64,000 nucleotides of DNA from Macrostomum lignano (Eukaryota), in the NCBI GenBank assembly GCA_002269645.1, contig NIVC01002276.1:57651-121650 (forward strand), read 5' to 3'. Positions 10,806 through 23,799 of the stretch are shown here, one piece after another. The notes under the pieces were generated by a model. The model was not told where the DNA came from. It ran no database searches and worked only from the letters and a program-made list of their open reading frames with translations. Each line of letters starts with the position of its first letter. Within the stretch, counting starts at the first letter, position 1. The position numbers and the translations under genes were made by a program.

Positions 10806-12820
10806 ATGTCTAACTACTGTGCTGGTAACTCTCTGGGCGCCATTGTTAGCGGATGTCACGTGCAGCTGGCGGGATTCAACATTTACGAACGGAGGTGGAC
10901 TCCGCAAGGGCCCCGGTGAGTTTTGTTATTGTTTGTTTTATGTTGGTACATTTCCCCACCCAACAATCCCACTTAGACCCAGACTTCTGATGTCATTTAG
11001 TCCCTGGTTCTTAGAATCCCAAAAAAAGTTTAGCTCCAAAATACTACAGTCCCGAGGTTCAATAGTCCTGAGGTCCCACAGTCCCGAGGTCCCGCAGTCC
11101 CGAGGTCCCGCAGTCCCGAGGTCCCGCAGTCCCGAGGTCCCGCAGTCCCGAGGTCCCGCAGTAATCCAAAGCCCTCACTGGACCATCTCGCGCACAGGCG
11201 CCAGGAGCTGGTGTTCCTGTGTCACGGATTCGCCGAGCACTGCGGCTATTTTCACCAGCTGGCCGAACCGCTGGCCGCAGCCGGTCTCCTCACTGTCGGA
11301 CACGACTTCTGTGAGTTTTGTCGGTCATGTTATGAACTATAATTTGTACGCAAAAAGTACGCACGATGGTTCGCTCTGTCTAACAACAATAGAAGCCACA
11401 AGCTGCATGGCTATTTATAGAGCTGGAAATATTAAATAACTACCTGACTAAAAAAAAAAACAAACCATTTTACACTTCAGACGGCCACGGCCTCAGCGAG
11501 GGCAACGTGAACCAGCTGCGGTCTATCGACACCCTTGTGGATGTGGCGGCTGCTCATTTGGCAAAACTGAAGCTGGAATTCCCGGACTGCATCGTCTACG
11601 GAGTTGGGTATTCCATGGTTAGTATGCCTTATTATAGTGCCTGTTCAAGTAAATCCGGCTAAATATTACCCAATCTATCCAAGCATTACCCAATCCATCC
11701 AAGCATTACCCAATATCTACCCTAAATGTACCCAACCGATTGCAAAACAAACAACACTCCCAGGGCGCACTGGTGCTGCACCGAATGTGCGGCCGGAGCC
11801 CGCAGCCGCCCCTGTCAGCCATGGTGTGGCTGTCACCCGCTCTGCAGCCGGCGGGCATGAAGCTGACGAAGCGCAGAGTGCAGCTCAGCAAGTGGCTGCT
11901 GCCGCGACTGCCGAATCTGCCGCTGCCCGGTGGCCGATTCCGACCGGAGGATCTCACCAGGAGCAAGGAGACGGTATGGGATGCTTACAATATGCTTTAT
12001 CAATAACACAGTCTGAGTGTCCCAGAGTGCCACACAGTCCCAGAGTGCCACACAGTCCCAGAGTGCCACACAGTCCCAGAGTGCCACACAGTCCCAGAGT
12101 GCCACACAGTCCCAGAGTGCCACACAGTCCCAGAGTGCCACACAGTCCCAGAGTGCCACACAGTCCCAGAGTGCCACACAGTCCCAGAGTGCCACACAGT
12201 CCCAGAGTGCCACACAGTCCCAGAGTGCCACACAGTCCCAGAGTGCCACACAGTCCCAGAGTGCCACACAGTCCCAGAGTGCCACACAGTCCCAGAGTGC
12301 CACACAGTCCCAGAGTGCCACACAGTCCCAGAGTGCCACACAGTCCCAGAGTGCCACACAGTCCCAGAGTGCCACACAGTCCCAGAGTGTCACACAGTCC
12401 CATAGTCCAAGATTAGACCCTGCTCGATCCCCCTTTTACCGTGCCAGTAGTTCAAATGAACATGACACGGCAGTACAACAAAAGTGCCCCAATCAACTGC
12501 AGCAGGAGCAGCTGCACACGGACACCAGCATCAAGCAGCGCGTGCTGTACACTCGGGTGTGCGCCTGGATGCTGGAGGCTATGCTAGCAACCCAGCCGGG
12601 CTCCATCACTCTGCCAACTCTGATCATCACGGGCACAGCCGACCGCATCGCCGATCCGGCTCGATCTGCCGCTTTTGTGGCCGCCGGCCAGGCCCTGGGC
12701 AAACCGGTAACTGGCCGGGCTTACCTGGGCGCCAGGCACCAGCTGCACACTGATTTGGCTACGGTTGGCGTCAAGCTGCACCAAGACCTCATGCAGTGGT
12801 TTGCAGCCAGTCAGGTTTGA
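10806..12820 (+). CDS. MGLL: Monoglyceride lipase-like alpha/beta hydrolase (Hydrolase_4 family)
   Basis: Exons 10806-10915, 11198-11310, 11481-11617, 11764-11973 and about 12503-12820 join in frame. Motifs: YERRWTP, LVFLCHGFAEH, GHDFYGHGLSEG, GYSM|G nucleophile, LIITGTADRI (Asp), GARHQLH (His). Triad intact. Confidence 0.9.
11050..11160. repeat. 16-bp minisatellite (CAGTCCCGAGGTCCCG) in MGLL intron 1
   Basis: About 6 tandem units. Confidence 0.85.
12009..12403. repeat. 18-bp minisatellite (CAGTCCCAGAGTGCCACA) in MGLL intron 4
   Basis: About 21 near-perfect units. Confidence 0.95.
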
Positions 12821-12974
12821 CAGACTGGTAACAATTGAGTCACTGAACACTGCACAACTGACTCTTTTAGGCAGTGAGGATCCTCGTTTTTAGATGCGTT
12901 GCAGCTGACTTCATGATTACTTATTTGTCATTAATTCTTCTTCATCATAGTGTCATTAAAGCATTAATCGAGAG

Positions 12975-13231
12975 CTGCTGAGATGTCATGACTCAATGGG
13001 GAGTTGCTGAGATGCCATGGCTCAATGGGGAGTTGCTGAGATGCCATGACTCAATGGGGAGTTGCTGAGATGCCATGGCTCAATTGGAGAGTTGCTGAGA
13101 TGCCATGGCTCAATGGGGAGTTGCTGAGATGCCAATTGACTCAATGGGGAGTTGCTGAGATGCCATGGATGTATGGGGGAGTTGCTGAGATGCCATGGCT
13201 CAATTGGGGAGTTGCTGAGATGCCATGGCTC
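12975..13231. repeat. 30-bp minisatellite (GAGTTGCTGAGATGCCATGGCTCAATGGG)
   Basis: About 8 units downstream of MGLL. Confidence 0.9.
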
Positions 13232-13601
13232 ACCAGTTGTCACATGCAGGATTTTAAGAAACAATTTACCCAAACTTGCTTATCTTGTCTTAAAATGATG
13301 ATTCAGAGGACTTATCGCTCGTCTTATTTATACCTTTGGCAAAACAGGATATTCCAGATGCTATTATTTTCAACAATTTTTAATGTTTCCTCTTTTTACT
13401 GTGTATAAATTTAGCTTTCTATCAATCTCGTTGCGCTGATTATTGATTCGAGCTCTCACTCTGCGTCATCTGTTTGTATTTCTATCTGTAATCGCAGCAT
13501 TTTTTCGCAAAGTTATTATTTTCTAACTCCTATTTACACCACGTGCTTATTTGTGATCCTATTCTTCTGCGTGTAAAGACCTTTGCATATTATATTATTC
13601 T

Positions 13602-14955
13602 CTATTTTTTTGACAACAGCACTGCAGATGAACGCGACGAAAAATAAACGCTGTATAAAACTAGCCAGTTGTTTTCAGTCTGAAAAAAACACGGTACTGA
13701 TTGCTAACATTGTTATCCGTGGTCTACTGATCCGGCTCTGATCCGTTCTCTACTCGTCCTAATCCGCTCTCTACTCGTCCTAATCCGTTCTTTACTCGTC
13801 TTAATCCGTTCTTTACTCGTCCTAATCCGTTCTTTACTCGTTTTAATCCGTTCTTTAATCGTCCTAATCCGTTCTTTACTCGTCCTAATCCGTTCTTTAC
13901 TCGTCCTAATCCGTTCTTTACTCGTCCTAATCCGTTCTCTACTCGTCCTAATCCGTTCTTTACTCGTTTTAATCCGTTCTTTACTCGTCCTAATCCGTTC
14001 TTTACTCGTCCTAATCCGTTCTTTACTCGTCCTAATCCGTTCTCTACTCGTCCTAATCCGTTCTTTACTCGTCCTAATCCGTTCTCTACTCGTCCTAATC
14101 CGTAGAGACTCATCCTAATCCGCTCTCTACTCGTCCTAATCCGCTCTCTACTCGTCCTAATCTACTCTCTACTCGTCCTAATCTACTCTCTACTCGTCCT
14201 AATCCGTTCTTTACTCGTCCTAATCCGTTCTCTACTCGTCCTAATCCGCTCTCTACTCGTCCTAATCCGCTCTCTACTCGTCCTAATCTACTCTCTACTC
14301 GTCCTAATCTACTCTCTACTCGTTTAAATCCGCTCTTTACTTGTCTAATTCTTTCTCGATTTGTTTAAATTCGCTCTCAACTCGTATAATCCGCTCTTTA
14401 CTCGTTTAAATCCGCTCTCTACTCCAATACGATCCTTTCTCGTTTAAATCCGTTTTCGATTTGTTTAAATTCGCTTTCTACTTTTCCAATTTGTGTCTAC
14501 TCGTCAAATCCGCTCTCTTCTCGCTGAAATCAGCTCTCTACTCGTCAAATCCGCTCTCTTCTCGCTGAAATCAGCTCTCTACTTGTCCAATCCGCTCTCT
14601 ACTCAATCAATCTGCTTTCTACTCTTTTTTAAATCCGCTCTCTACTCGTCTAACCCACTCTCTACTTCTTCCTTGAAAAAAGCCATAGATTCCTCATCTG
14701 CCTTAAATTTAGGGTGGCCTATTGAGACCTTCGTGCTTGCTAATTGGCTGGCTGCAAGTGGCTCATTGTCTATGGTAAAATACCATTTATATGTGATTTC
14801 TTCAGTGCCAACTGACTGTAAAGCGGTGTGCTATACTCGCGAATGCCCGAGGAGGACGTTGAGTGAAAGTATGAGTTCTTTCCGTTTCTTCACTTCTCTG
14901 GTCCAACCCCCGGCTGAGAACTCGCTTTCTATGTTCAAAAATATGCCTTCACTTT
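13602..14955 (-). CDS. Putative orphan coding exons containing one in-frame TAG
   Basis: Acceptor ttttttacag| at 14955, then SEGIFLNIESEFSAGGWTREVKKRKELILSLNVLLGHSRV*HTALQSVGTEEITYKWYFTIDNEPL...FFKEE and a possible donor gtagag at 14665. After the minisatellite intron, ttttttcag| opens TENNWLVLYSVYFSSRSSAVLLSKK* (13679-13602). No homology recognised. Confidence 0.35.
13740..14660. repeat. 21-bp minisatellite (CTACTCGTCCTAATCCGTTCT), degenerating rightwards
   Basis: Tandem units, homogeneous over 13740-14320. Confidence 0.92.
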
Positions 14956-15204
14956 CTGTAAAAAAGAATAAAGTTGTATTGCTTTGTGTGAAATGATGTA
15001 AAACTGATGAATTTTGGTAATTACTGAGAACTCAGCTTATCCACAATGAGGCACTCTAAGTCTGAGCGGATTTACAGTGCATAGACGAACATAAATCGGT
15101 CAATTTCGTCACGAGCTAAAAATAGACTACAGTTTATTGGCAACGGAGTTTTGTTAGGGGGGCGGTCTGTTACTGAAAAGCATTCATATGCTACCTATCG
15201 AAGC

Positions 15205-15615
15205 ACAAGGGAGACGGAGGACAGGAAGAAAGAGGGAGAGGGAGGGACAGGAGAGGAGAGGGAGGGACATCAGAAGGAGAGAGGAGAGGGAGGGACAGGA
15301 GAAGGAGAGATGAAGAGGGAGGGACAGGAGAGAGGAGAGGGAGGGACAGGAGAGAGGAGAGGGAGGGACAGGAGAGAGGAGAGGGAGGGACAGAAGATAC
15401 AGAGAGGGAGGGACAGGAGAGAGGAGAGGGAGGGACAGGAGAGAGGAGAGGGAGGGACAGGAGAGAGGAGAGGGAGGGACAGGAGAAGGAGAGAGGGAGA
15501 GGGAGGGACAGGAAAAGGAGAGAGGGAGAGGGAGGGACAGGAGAAGGAGAGAGAGGGAGGGACAGGAGAAGGAGAGAGAGGGAGGGACAGGAGAAGGAGA
15601 GGAGAGGAGAGAGAG
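15205..15615. repeat. Purine-rich (GGAGAGGGAGGGACAGGAGA-like) low-complexity tandem repeat
   Basis: Almost exclusively G/A on the plus strand. Confidence 0.9.
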
Positions 15616-16350
15616 GAACTGTTGCAGTTGGTAAAGTTAAAATCTTCTAATTACAATATATTTAAACTCCCGGGACAATCGGTAACTAATTAATCGTATT
15701 TTCAGTTATCCTAAGCCTGCCAACAACATAGGGGGGGGGGGGGGTACAGGACCTCATTCCTAGGGCAGAGTTCCGCAGGAGTTGAGATCAAATGGAGGGG
15801 GTTAGACCATGGGGACCAAAGGTACATTGATCAAATGTAGCAGGCCCGGCCGAGGGGCCTGGGAGTCAGGAGTCATAAAATATGACTGCCGGCGCTACAG
15901 GTGGAGTACAGCTGCCCTGGCAATAGATAGAATCCTGGGTTGATTCTCTCCCGTTTTAAAAATAATTCCCACAAGAGTCTGTCCAGGGTCAGTTAGTGGG
16001 GTTGGACTGACAGAGGCAGGTTGGGCTGAATCAATGACAATGCAGGTCTTCATGAGCGCGAAATACCGTGCGTAATTTAGTCTTGGGGCGCTTGTTTAGC
16101 ACCAGGGTCGCCAGCACCGGGGGCTTTAAGTACTGGGACGTCAGATGCTTTTGCAAGCCGGTTAGGGTGTGTGGGGTCATGATTAGAGTTGGCAATCGAA
16201 GTCTCAAATTAATACGACATATTTAAACTGAAGTCTCTCCATAGATGGCACCTCCTCTGTCAGAAAATGACTCACTCAAGCATTTTTTTACTTATGTCTA
16301 GAAACCGATTTAAGTATTACAGTTTTTAAAAAAAGGAATTTGCATGCACT

Positions 16351-16753
16351 TATTTTATTTATTTTTTATTAGAGGCAGGGGGTTGTGTGCACCCTGGCGC
16401 ACTTTAAGCGACATTGGCACACAACCGGCGAGAGGCATTACTGCCCACTCCGCCGACTCCCCTGAGCAGGCATACAAGCGCGCGGATACGTACGCAGGCA
16501 CACACTCACACAGGAGTGTACAGCGGCCCTAACTTTATATTATCGTTAGGCATGTACACTTCACTGCGCCTTGGGGGGTTGGCGCCTTGGGGGGTTGGCG
16601 CCTTGGGGGGTTGGCTCTCAAGGCCGATAATTACACGAGCAGAGCCAAGCCGAGATTCCAATTCAGCCCCAAATTAATGTGACTGCACTTGGAATCGAGT
16701 CTGGGCCGCTGGCACACCAGAGCCTGCGCTAGACCGCTGGGCTACGGCCCCCC
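16351..16753 (-). mobile_element. Full-length tRNA-derived SINE, family A
   Basis: Reverse complement starts GGGGGGCCGTAGCCCAGCGG (A box), has GACTCGATTCC (B box) and ends in an AATAAAAAATAAATAAAATAA tail. 13-bp TSD with 2 mismatches: ATTTGCATGCACT (16338-16350) / ATTCGCGTGCACT (16754-16766). Confidence 0.9.
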
Positions 16754-16811
16754 ATTCGCGTGCACTACAAGCAGCCAGTTTGCTGAGATGATTTTGTCGG
16801 ATTGCGTGCTG

Positions 16812-16945
16812 ACATGTACATGTACTGTACATGCTTTAACGATAAATCAATGAATTTAGGGCCGCTGTGCACTCATGTGTGAGTGTGTGCCTGTGCGTAT
16901 GAGTGCGTACAGTACGCATCCGCGCGCTGTGCCTGCTCAGGAATG
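16812..16945 (+). mobile_element. SINE family A internal fragment
   Basis: TGTACATGC..AACGATAAA..TTAGGGCCGCTGTGCACTCATGTGTGAGTGTGTGCC..CCGCGCGC..CCTGCTCAGG matches the family body. Confidence 0.75.
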
Positions 16946-16967
16946 TCATCGAAATGGGTTTAATGGG

Positions 16968-17210
16968 ATTGTGAGTGTCTGGGATTGTGAGTGACTGGGA
17001 TTGTGAGTGACTGAGATTGTGAGTGACTGGGATTGTGAGTGACTGGGATTGTGAGTGTCTGGGATTGTGAGTGACTGGGATTGTGAGTGACTGGGACTGT
17101 GAGTGACTGGGATTGTGAGTGATTGAGAGTGTCAGTGACTGGGATTGTGAGTGATTGAGAGTGTCAGTGACTGGGACTGTGAGTTACTTGGACTGTGAGT
17201 GACTGGGACT
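16968..17210. repeat. 16-bp minisatellite (GGGATTGTGAGTGACT)
   Basis: About 14 units. Confidence 0.9.
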
Positions 17211-17767
17211 GAAATGATAGGGGTTCAAGTGACTGAGAAGTCACTAAAGTTGCGGTCTACTGAAAAGAGATTGATGCAACTTATAGACATCAGGTTTGTC
17301 ACCCAGAATGCACACCCTGGTACATGGATGTACCGAAACCCAATCAAAAGGACAAATATTGTACTTAAAAAAAAGGCTGGTTAACCAATGGGCCTCATTT
17401 TCTCCGTCGGTTTTACGCGCTCGTAATTGATAATTACAGAATTGTGCCTAACTGGCTGTTTGATGTCAGACATAGGGTGATTTTGTTTTACTGAGCAACA
17501 AACCAGCCGTTAATCCAAGCGCACAAGCCCGGTAACTCGCGGTTTTTATGCAGCAATTAGTTTTAATGCGGGACAGAGCAGCGTCATTGTTTCTTCGCCG
17601 TGGGCGCGAGAGCATCAATCAGCGATGCCGGCTGCCAAGCAAATATCCAGGCCACAGCTGGATAGTATATTGATACGACACAGAATTTTCCTGTGTTCCA
17701 AATGTTTTGCTGCTGGATAAATTCTGCAAATGGTCATTAAATATGACGCTTTAAAACAGTGGCAGTG

Positions 17768-18642
17768 GCCCAGCAACTGAGGATCTGGAAGGCTGGCCCA
17801 GCAACTGAGGATCTGGGAGGCTGGCCCAGCAACTGAGGATCTGGGAGGCTGGCCCAGCAACTGAGGATCTGGAAGGCTGGCCCAGCAACTGAGGATCTGG
17901 AAGGCTGGCCCAGCAACTGAGGATCTGGAAGGCTGGCCCAGCAACTGAGGATCTGGGAGGCTGGCCCAGCAACTGAGGATCTGGGAGGCTGGCCCAGCAA
18001 CTGAGGATCTGGGAGGCTGGCCCAGCAACTGAGGATCTGGGAGGCTGGCCCAGCAACTGAGGATCTGGAAGGGCTGGCCCAGCAACTGAGGATGGAAGGG
18101 CTGGCCCAGCAACTGAGGAATGAGGATCTGGGAGGCTGGCCCAGCAACTGAGGATCTGGGAGGCTGGCCCAGCAACTGAGGATCTGGAAGGGCTGGCCCA
18201 GCAACTGAGGAATGAGAATCTGGGAGGCTGGCCCAGCAACTGAGGATCTGGGAGGCTGGCCCAGCAACTGAGGATCTGGGAGGCTGGCCCAGCAACTGAG
18301 GAATGAGAATCTGGGAGGCTGGCCCAGCAACTGAGGAATGAGGATCTGGGAGGCTGGCCCAGCAACTGAGGATCTGGGAGGCTGGCCCAGCAACTGAGGA
18401 TCTGGGAGGCTGGCCCAGCAACTGAGGAATGAGGATCTGGGAGGCTGGCCCAGCAACTGAGGAATGAGGATCTGGGAGGCTGGCCCAGCAACTGAGGACT
18501 GGGGATCTGGGAGGCTGGCCCAGCAACTGAGGATTGAGGATCTGGGAGGCTGGCCCAGCAACTGAAGAATGAGGATCTGGGAGGCTGGCCCAGCAACTGA
18601 GGATCTGGGAGGCTGGCCCAGCAACTGAGGATCTGGGAGGCT
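17768..18642. repeat. 28-bp minisatellite (CTGAGGATCTGGGAGGCTGGCCCAGCAA)
   Basis: About 30 units; same family as 36103-37758. Confidence 0.95.
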
Positions 18643-19087
18643 GGGGTAGTAGTGGAGGTTTAGTGAAATCCTACTTCGCACAATAGGTGTACATTGTTGA
18701 CAAACCTGCATGTACATGTACGAGTGTGCAACTTTTCCGTTTGTATTTCCGTGGTTACATCTTTTTCATGTCCAGATGTTTTGGTCGCTTTCTCGCCTTC
18801 GACGAGAATACATTTTTGCTTAATAAATGCATAGGAATCGTTCAACACTGGAATTTTCAAGACTTCTCTCTTTTGGGACTGGATGATGAGCGCCGCGCCG
18901 TGCGGGAGCCCGCGTGACGCTCTGACCCCGGCATTCCGGCAAGCATCTGCGCTGTGTACAGACAGCATGGTTGAGACTGATCGGCGAGTGACCTACAGTA
19001 CAAATATGAATATAGCAGTATGATCCCGAGAACATGCGACAGTTGATCATGTAAATTTTCAGACACGAATTCGCAAGTCAATTTATG

Positions 19088-19765
19088 TCTGTCAAACTGT
19101 GGAAGTCGAATTGAGGCTATCAAATTGAGGCTGTCAAATTGGGACAGTAAAATTGTGGCTGTCAAATTGAGGCTGTCAAATTGTGCCTGTCAAATTGGGA
19201 TTAGTCAAATTGTGGCTGTCAAATTCGGGCTATTGAATTGTGGCTGTCAAATTGGGACAGTCAAATTGTGGCTGTCAAATTGAGACTGTCAAATTGTGGC
19301 TGTCAAATTGTGGCTGTCAAATTGAGGCTGTCAAATTGTGGCTGTCAAATTGGCACAGTCAAATTGTGGCTGTCAAATTGTGGCTGTCAAATTGTGGCTG
19401 TCAAACTGGGACAGTCAAATTGTGGCTGTCAAATTGTGGCTGTCAAACTGGGACAGTCAAATTGTGGCTGTCAAATTGTGGCTGTCAAACTGGGACAGTC
19501 AAATTGTGGCTGCCAAATTGTGGCTGTCAAACTGGGACAGTCAAATTGTGGCTGCCAAATTGTGGCTGTCAAATTGGCACAGTCAAATTGTGGCTGTCAA
19601 ACTGGGACAGTCAAATTGTGACTGTCAAATTGGGACAATAAAATTGTGGCTGTCAAATTGTGGCTGTCAAATTCGGGCTATTGAATTGTGGCTGTCAAAT
19701 TGGGACAGTCAAATTGTGGCTGTCAAAGCGAGGCTGTCAAATTGGGGCTGTCAAATTGAGGCTGT
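19088..19765. repeat. 14-bp minisatellite (GTCAAATTGTGGCT); duplicate at about 28228-28905
   Basis: Tandem units with GGGACA variants. Confidence 0.93.
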
Positions 19766-20304
19766 TCCAGAATTTCATGTCGCATAAAATTGCGATTGCA
19801 ATTAGATTCACTACTTAAAGAAAAGCTTGTCCCCAATTAACTCATGACAAGTGTCTCATATCTTGTACTTATTTTGCTAAGTGCTAACACTCTCATCCTC
19901 CATTAAAATTGGCTTCACTTGGATACAAAGGTTGGCTACAATACAAAAATGTCCATTCGATCTACTGGGGCTGCGTGGGTGGTAGTTAATCGTGTTGCAT
20001 TACCGACCGAAGCCACTTCAAAACACTTTACTACAAAGTTAGAACCGGTTGAAGGTAAAAGTTCTCAGACACGCCCACGCAAGGTTTGTCTTGTTGCTAA
20101 ATATACCAGCACACAGTTTGCACAAGTGCTAATCTGTTAATGCGATGCATTACAAGCTAGAAGCAAACAGGTTTTGGAGTTTCCAAATTCGATATTTTTG
20201 GCAGTGTTTAATCAGTTTGCACTGAATTATTCAACCAGTTGACAATAAGAAAATGGAAGCTCAACTATAATAAGAGTACCTGAAATCGGAGAATAAACGA
20301 AGCC

Positions 20305-20970
20305 AGGTGAATTGTAGTGAAAATAAAGAGAGTGAGGTGAATTGTAGGGAGAATGAAGGGAGTGGAGTGAATTGTAGGGAGAATGAAGGGAGTGGAGTGA
20401 ATTGTAGGGAGAATGAAGGGAGCAAAGTGAATTTTTGGGAGAATGAAGGGAGAAAAGTGAACTGTAGGGAGAATGAAGGGAGTGGAGTGAATTGTAGGGA
20501 AAAAGAAGGGAGCAAAGTGAATTTTTGGGAGAATGAAGGGAGAAAAGTGAATTGTAGGCAGAATGAAGGGAGTGGAGTGAATTGTAGGGAGAATGGAGTG
20601 AAAAAATTGTAGGGAGAATAAAGGGAGCAAGTGAATTGTAGGGAGAATGAAGGGAGTTCAGTGAATTGTAGGGAGAATGAAGGGAGCGAGGTGAATTGTA
20701 GGGAGAATGAAGGGAGCGAGGTGAATTGTAGGGAGAATGAAGGGAGCGAAGTGAATTGTAGGGAGAATGAAGGGAGTGGAGTGAATTGTAGGGAGAATGA
20801 AGGGAGCAAAGTGAATTTTAGGGAGAATGAAGGGAGCAAAGTGAATTGTAGCGAGAATGAAGGGAGTGGAGTGAATTGTAGGGAGAATGGAGTGAAGTAA
20901 ATTGTAGGGAGAATGAAGTGAACAAGTGAATTGTAGGGATAATGAAGGGAGCGAAGTGAATTGTAGGGAA
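20305..20970. repeat. 30-bp minisatellite (GTGAATTGTAGGGAGAATGAAGGGAGTGGA); duplicate at about 29445-30110
   Basis: Tandem units. Confidence 0.93.
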
Positions 20971-21339
20971 AGTACAATGCAGGAAGTTATAACAGTGCCT
21001 TAGAACATAGTCAATATGTAGTTATACCGGTAGAGGTGCTTAATCTAAAAATTAAGTGATTTTAAATTCCTGGCTGTGAACACAGATACAGCAACCAGTT
21101 TTAACTGATTAATGGTAAAAAATCAAGCCATAGAAAAAAGAGCAAAAAAGTAAAGTGCACTAAATTATGTGCTTGTTTGTAACATATTTGGAGGCTTTAT
21201 ATTAAAAAATAAAGGATACAAAAGAATGACTTAAATAAGGACAGAATGTTCCGCCTAACTGACAAGAGAAAGTCAAATTTGAATTGCAAAATTTATAAAA
21301 AAAACTAGCTATTTATAAACATTAAAATCGTCCCTATAA

Positions 21340-21862
21340 ATCAGTGACACCTGACACCAGTGACACCTGAAATCAGTGACACCAGTGACACCTGACACCA
21401 GTGACACCTGACACCAGTGACAACTGACATCAGTGACACCTGACATCAGTGACACCTGACATCAGTGACACCTGACATCAGTGACACCTGACATCAGTGA
21501 CACCTGACATCAGTGACACCTGACATCAGTGACACCTGACATCAGTGACACCTGACATCAGTGACACCTGACATCAGTGACACCTGACATCAGTGACACC
21601 TGACATCAGTGACACCTGACATCAGTGACACCTGACATCAGTGACACCTGACATCAGTGACACCTGACATCAGTGACACCTGACATCAGTGACACCTGAC
21701 ATCAGTGACACCTGACATCAGTGACACCTGACATCAGTGACACCTGACATCAGTGACACCTGACATCAGTGACACCTGACATCAGTGACACCTGACATCA
21801 GTGACACCTGACATCAGTGACACCTGACATCAGTGACACCTGAGATCAGTGACAACTGACAC
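21340..21862. repeat. 16-bp minisatellite (CAGTGACACCTGACAT); duplicate at about 30480-31035 has 2 more units
   Basis: Perfect tandem core; the duplication offset increases by 32 bp across it. Confidence 0.95.
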
Positions 21863-22564
21863 TAACAAGCCAGTATTGACTCTTTTGATAAGAGACAGCC
21901 AAATCCAATATAAATCCAAAATATGGAATTAAACAGTATTCGAGCAGGAATGACGAAACCTTATTATTTAAATTAGTTTAAAAAATTGATAAATTGTTAT
22001 ACAAACTAGAACAGAAGAGACCTGGCACTTATTAAAATAAGTCTAGAAAATGGTTAAAACAGGGTACTATTAAAAGTAAAAATTTTTAGCATCAAGCACG
22101 ATTGACGTAATAAAATAGAATTCGAAGTCTCTGTTACATAAAAATAATAGAAATGAAAATAGATAAAAGTATTAAATTAATATTACAATGCAAATAATTA
22201 AAACGACTAATAATGCAAAACGGAAACAACAATAAGTTGATGCATTGGATAAAAAATACAACTATGCGCTAAATAGGCTACTGAAAAGTAGAAAAATAAT
22301 TAATTATCTGTTTATCAGCTGCTAGATAAAAGTAAATATCGGCTATCAATATAAAAGTGCCGTGAATTACTTTTTACTGATTAGAAAGTTTCAAAACAAC
22401 AGGGTAAGTAAAAAAAACTTTGTGCTAATTTTATTTTTGAAGTTTTTTTCCGAGGGGATCAAATGGATAATTCCATTAAAATTCTGCTAAAAGTCCAAAA
22501 ATGAAGTTATGTAGCCAGAATGCTTGCTTTAAAATTCTTTACTTAATTGTCTTTAAATTGGCTT

Positions 22565-23108
22565 TATTGTCTATGGCCGAGTGCAGTTCTGTGGCAGTGG
22601 CTTTGATTGTTTTTATTGTCTATGGCCGAGTGCAGTTCTGTGGCAGTGGCTTTGATTGTTTTTATTGTCTATGGCCGAGTGCAGTTCTGTGGCAGTGGCT
22701 TTGATTGTTTTTATTGTCTATGGCCGAGTGCAGTTCTGTGGCAGTGGCTTTGATTGTTTTTATTGTCTATGGCCGAGTGCAGTTCTGTGGCAGTGGCTTT
22801 GATTGTTTTTATTGTCTATGGCCGAGTGCAGTTCTGTGGCAGTGGCTTTGATTGTTTTCATTGTCTATGGCCGAGTGCAGTTCTGTGGCAGTGGCTTTGA
22901 TTGTTTTTATTGTCTATGGCCGAGTGCAGTTCTGTGGCAGTGGCTTTGATTGATTGGCTTTATTGTCTATGGCCGAGAGCAGTTCCGTGGCAGTGGCTTT
23001 GATTGTTTTTATTGTCTATGGCCGAGTGCAGTTCTGTGGCAGTGGCTTTGATTGATTGGCTTTATTGTCTATGGCCGAGAGCAGTTCCGTGGCAGTGGCT
23101 TTGATTGG
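22565..23108. repeat. 49-bp minisatellite (TTATTGTCTATGGCCGAGTGCAGTTCTGTGGCAGTGGCTTTGATTGTTT); duplicate at about 31737-32427 has 3 more units
   Basis: The duplication offset increases by 147 bp across it. Confidence 0.95.
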
Positions 23109-23426
23109 CTCGGTTGTTAATGACTTACTTACACTAGGCAACATAATGGTGACTGTTTACTAGAAACTACTTTAAAATCGTCCAAAACTATATGCATTTC
23201 ATAGAATTTATGATAATTAAATATATAATATTAGGTGTCATTAAAACTATGTCAAGACAACAAAAACATAATATAAAATTAATAAAAAAAACCAAGTAGT
23301 CAAAAAAGATGCACAGAGGTCGTGGCCACGGCTATTTAACGAGGGATATAAATGGTTTAATGCACAAATAGTGCCACTCAGTCTATTATTGTATCTTTGG
23401 TGTCTGAGCACAGGTCTCAAACCAGC

Positions 23427-23727
23427 TCAGGACACGTGCATTGAGCTGCCAGCCACAAAGCCCTTAGTCCCGTAGCTCCTAGCATAGCAGCCGCGGCAGT
23501 AGACTTCGCCTTTGTGCTCGGACTCTCCGCCGGCTTCAAGCGGCTTGCCGCAGTCGGCGCACTTGAAGCAGCTTCGATGAAACACCCGGCCGCTGGCTTG
23601 CACGCGCTCGTTAAAGTACACGGTTGACTGGCAGCGGCTGCACTTTTCTCCGCCGCCGCCGAATTTGGCGGATAGAGCGGCGACGGAGGCTCCTCCAGCA
23701 GATGCCGATTGCTCCTGCTGCTGGCCT
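23427..23727 (-). CDS. Duplicate terminal exon encoding LIM2 of the CRP/MLP gene
   Basis: aatcag|A GGC CAG... gives KFGGGGEKCSRCQSTVYFNERVQASGRVFHRSCFKCADCGKPLEAGGESEHKGEVYCRGCYARSYGTKGF..*. Identical to 32746-33046. Confidence 0.8.
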
Positions 23728-23799
23728 CTGATTCGAAAATGGTGACACAGGGATGGAAATCTATTTAAGATGTAAGATAATCGTATTTTCTGCAAGCAC

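Noticed and set aside
15151-15693. 180-aa R/E/G-rich ORF
   Set aside because: Translation of a polypurine repeat.
17600-20140. Exon-like segments at 17.6-17.73, 18.66-18.95 and 19.92-20.14 kb on either strand
   Set aside because: Several frames are open and splice sites are ambiguous; no recognisable protein or unique phasing, so no gene was called.
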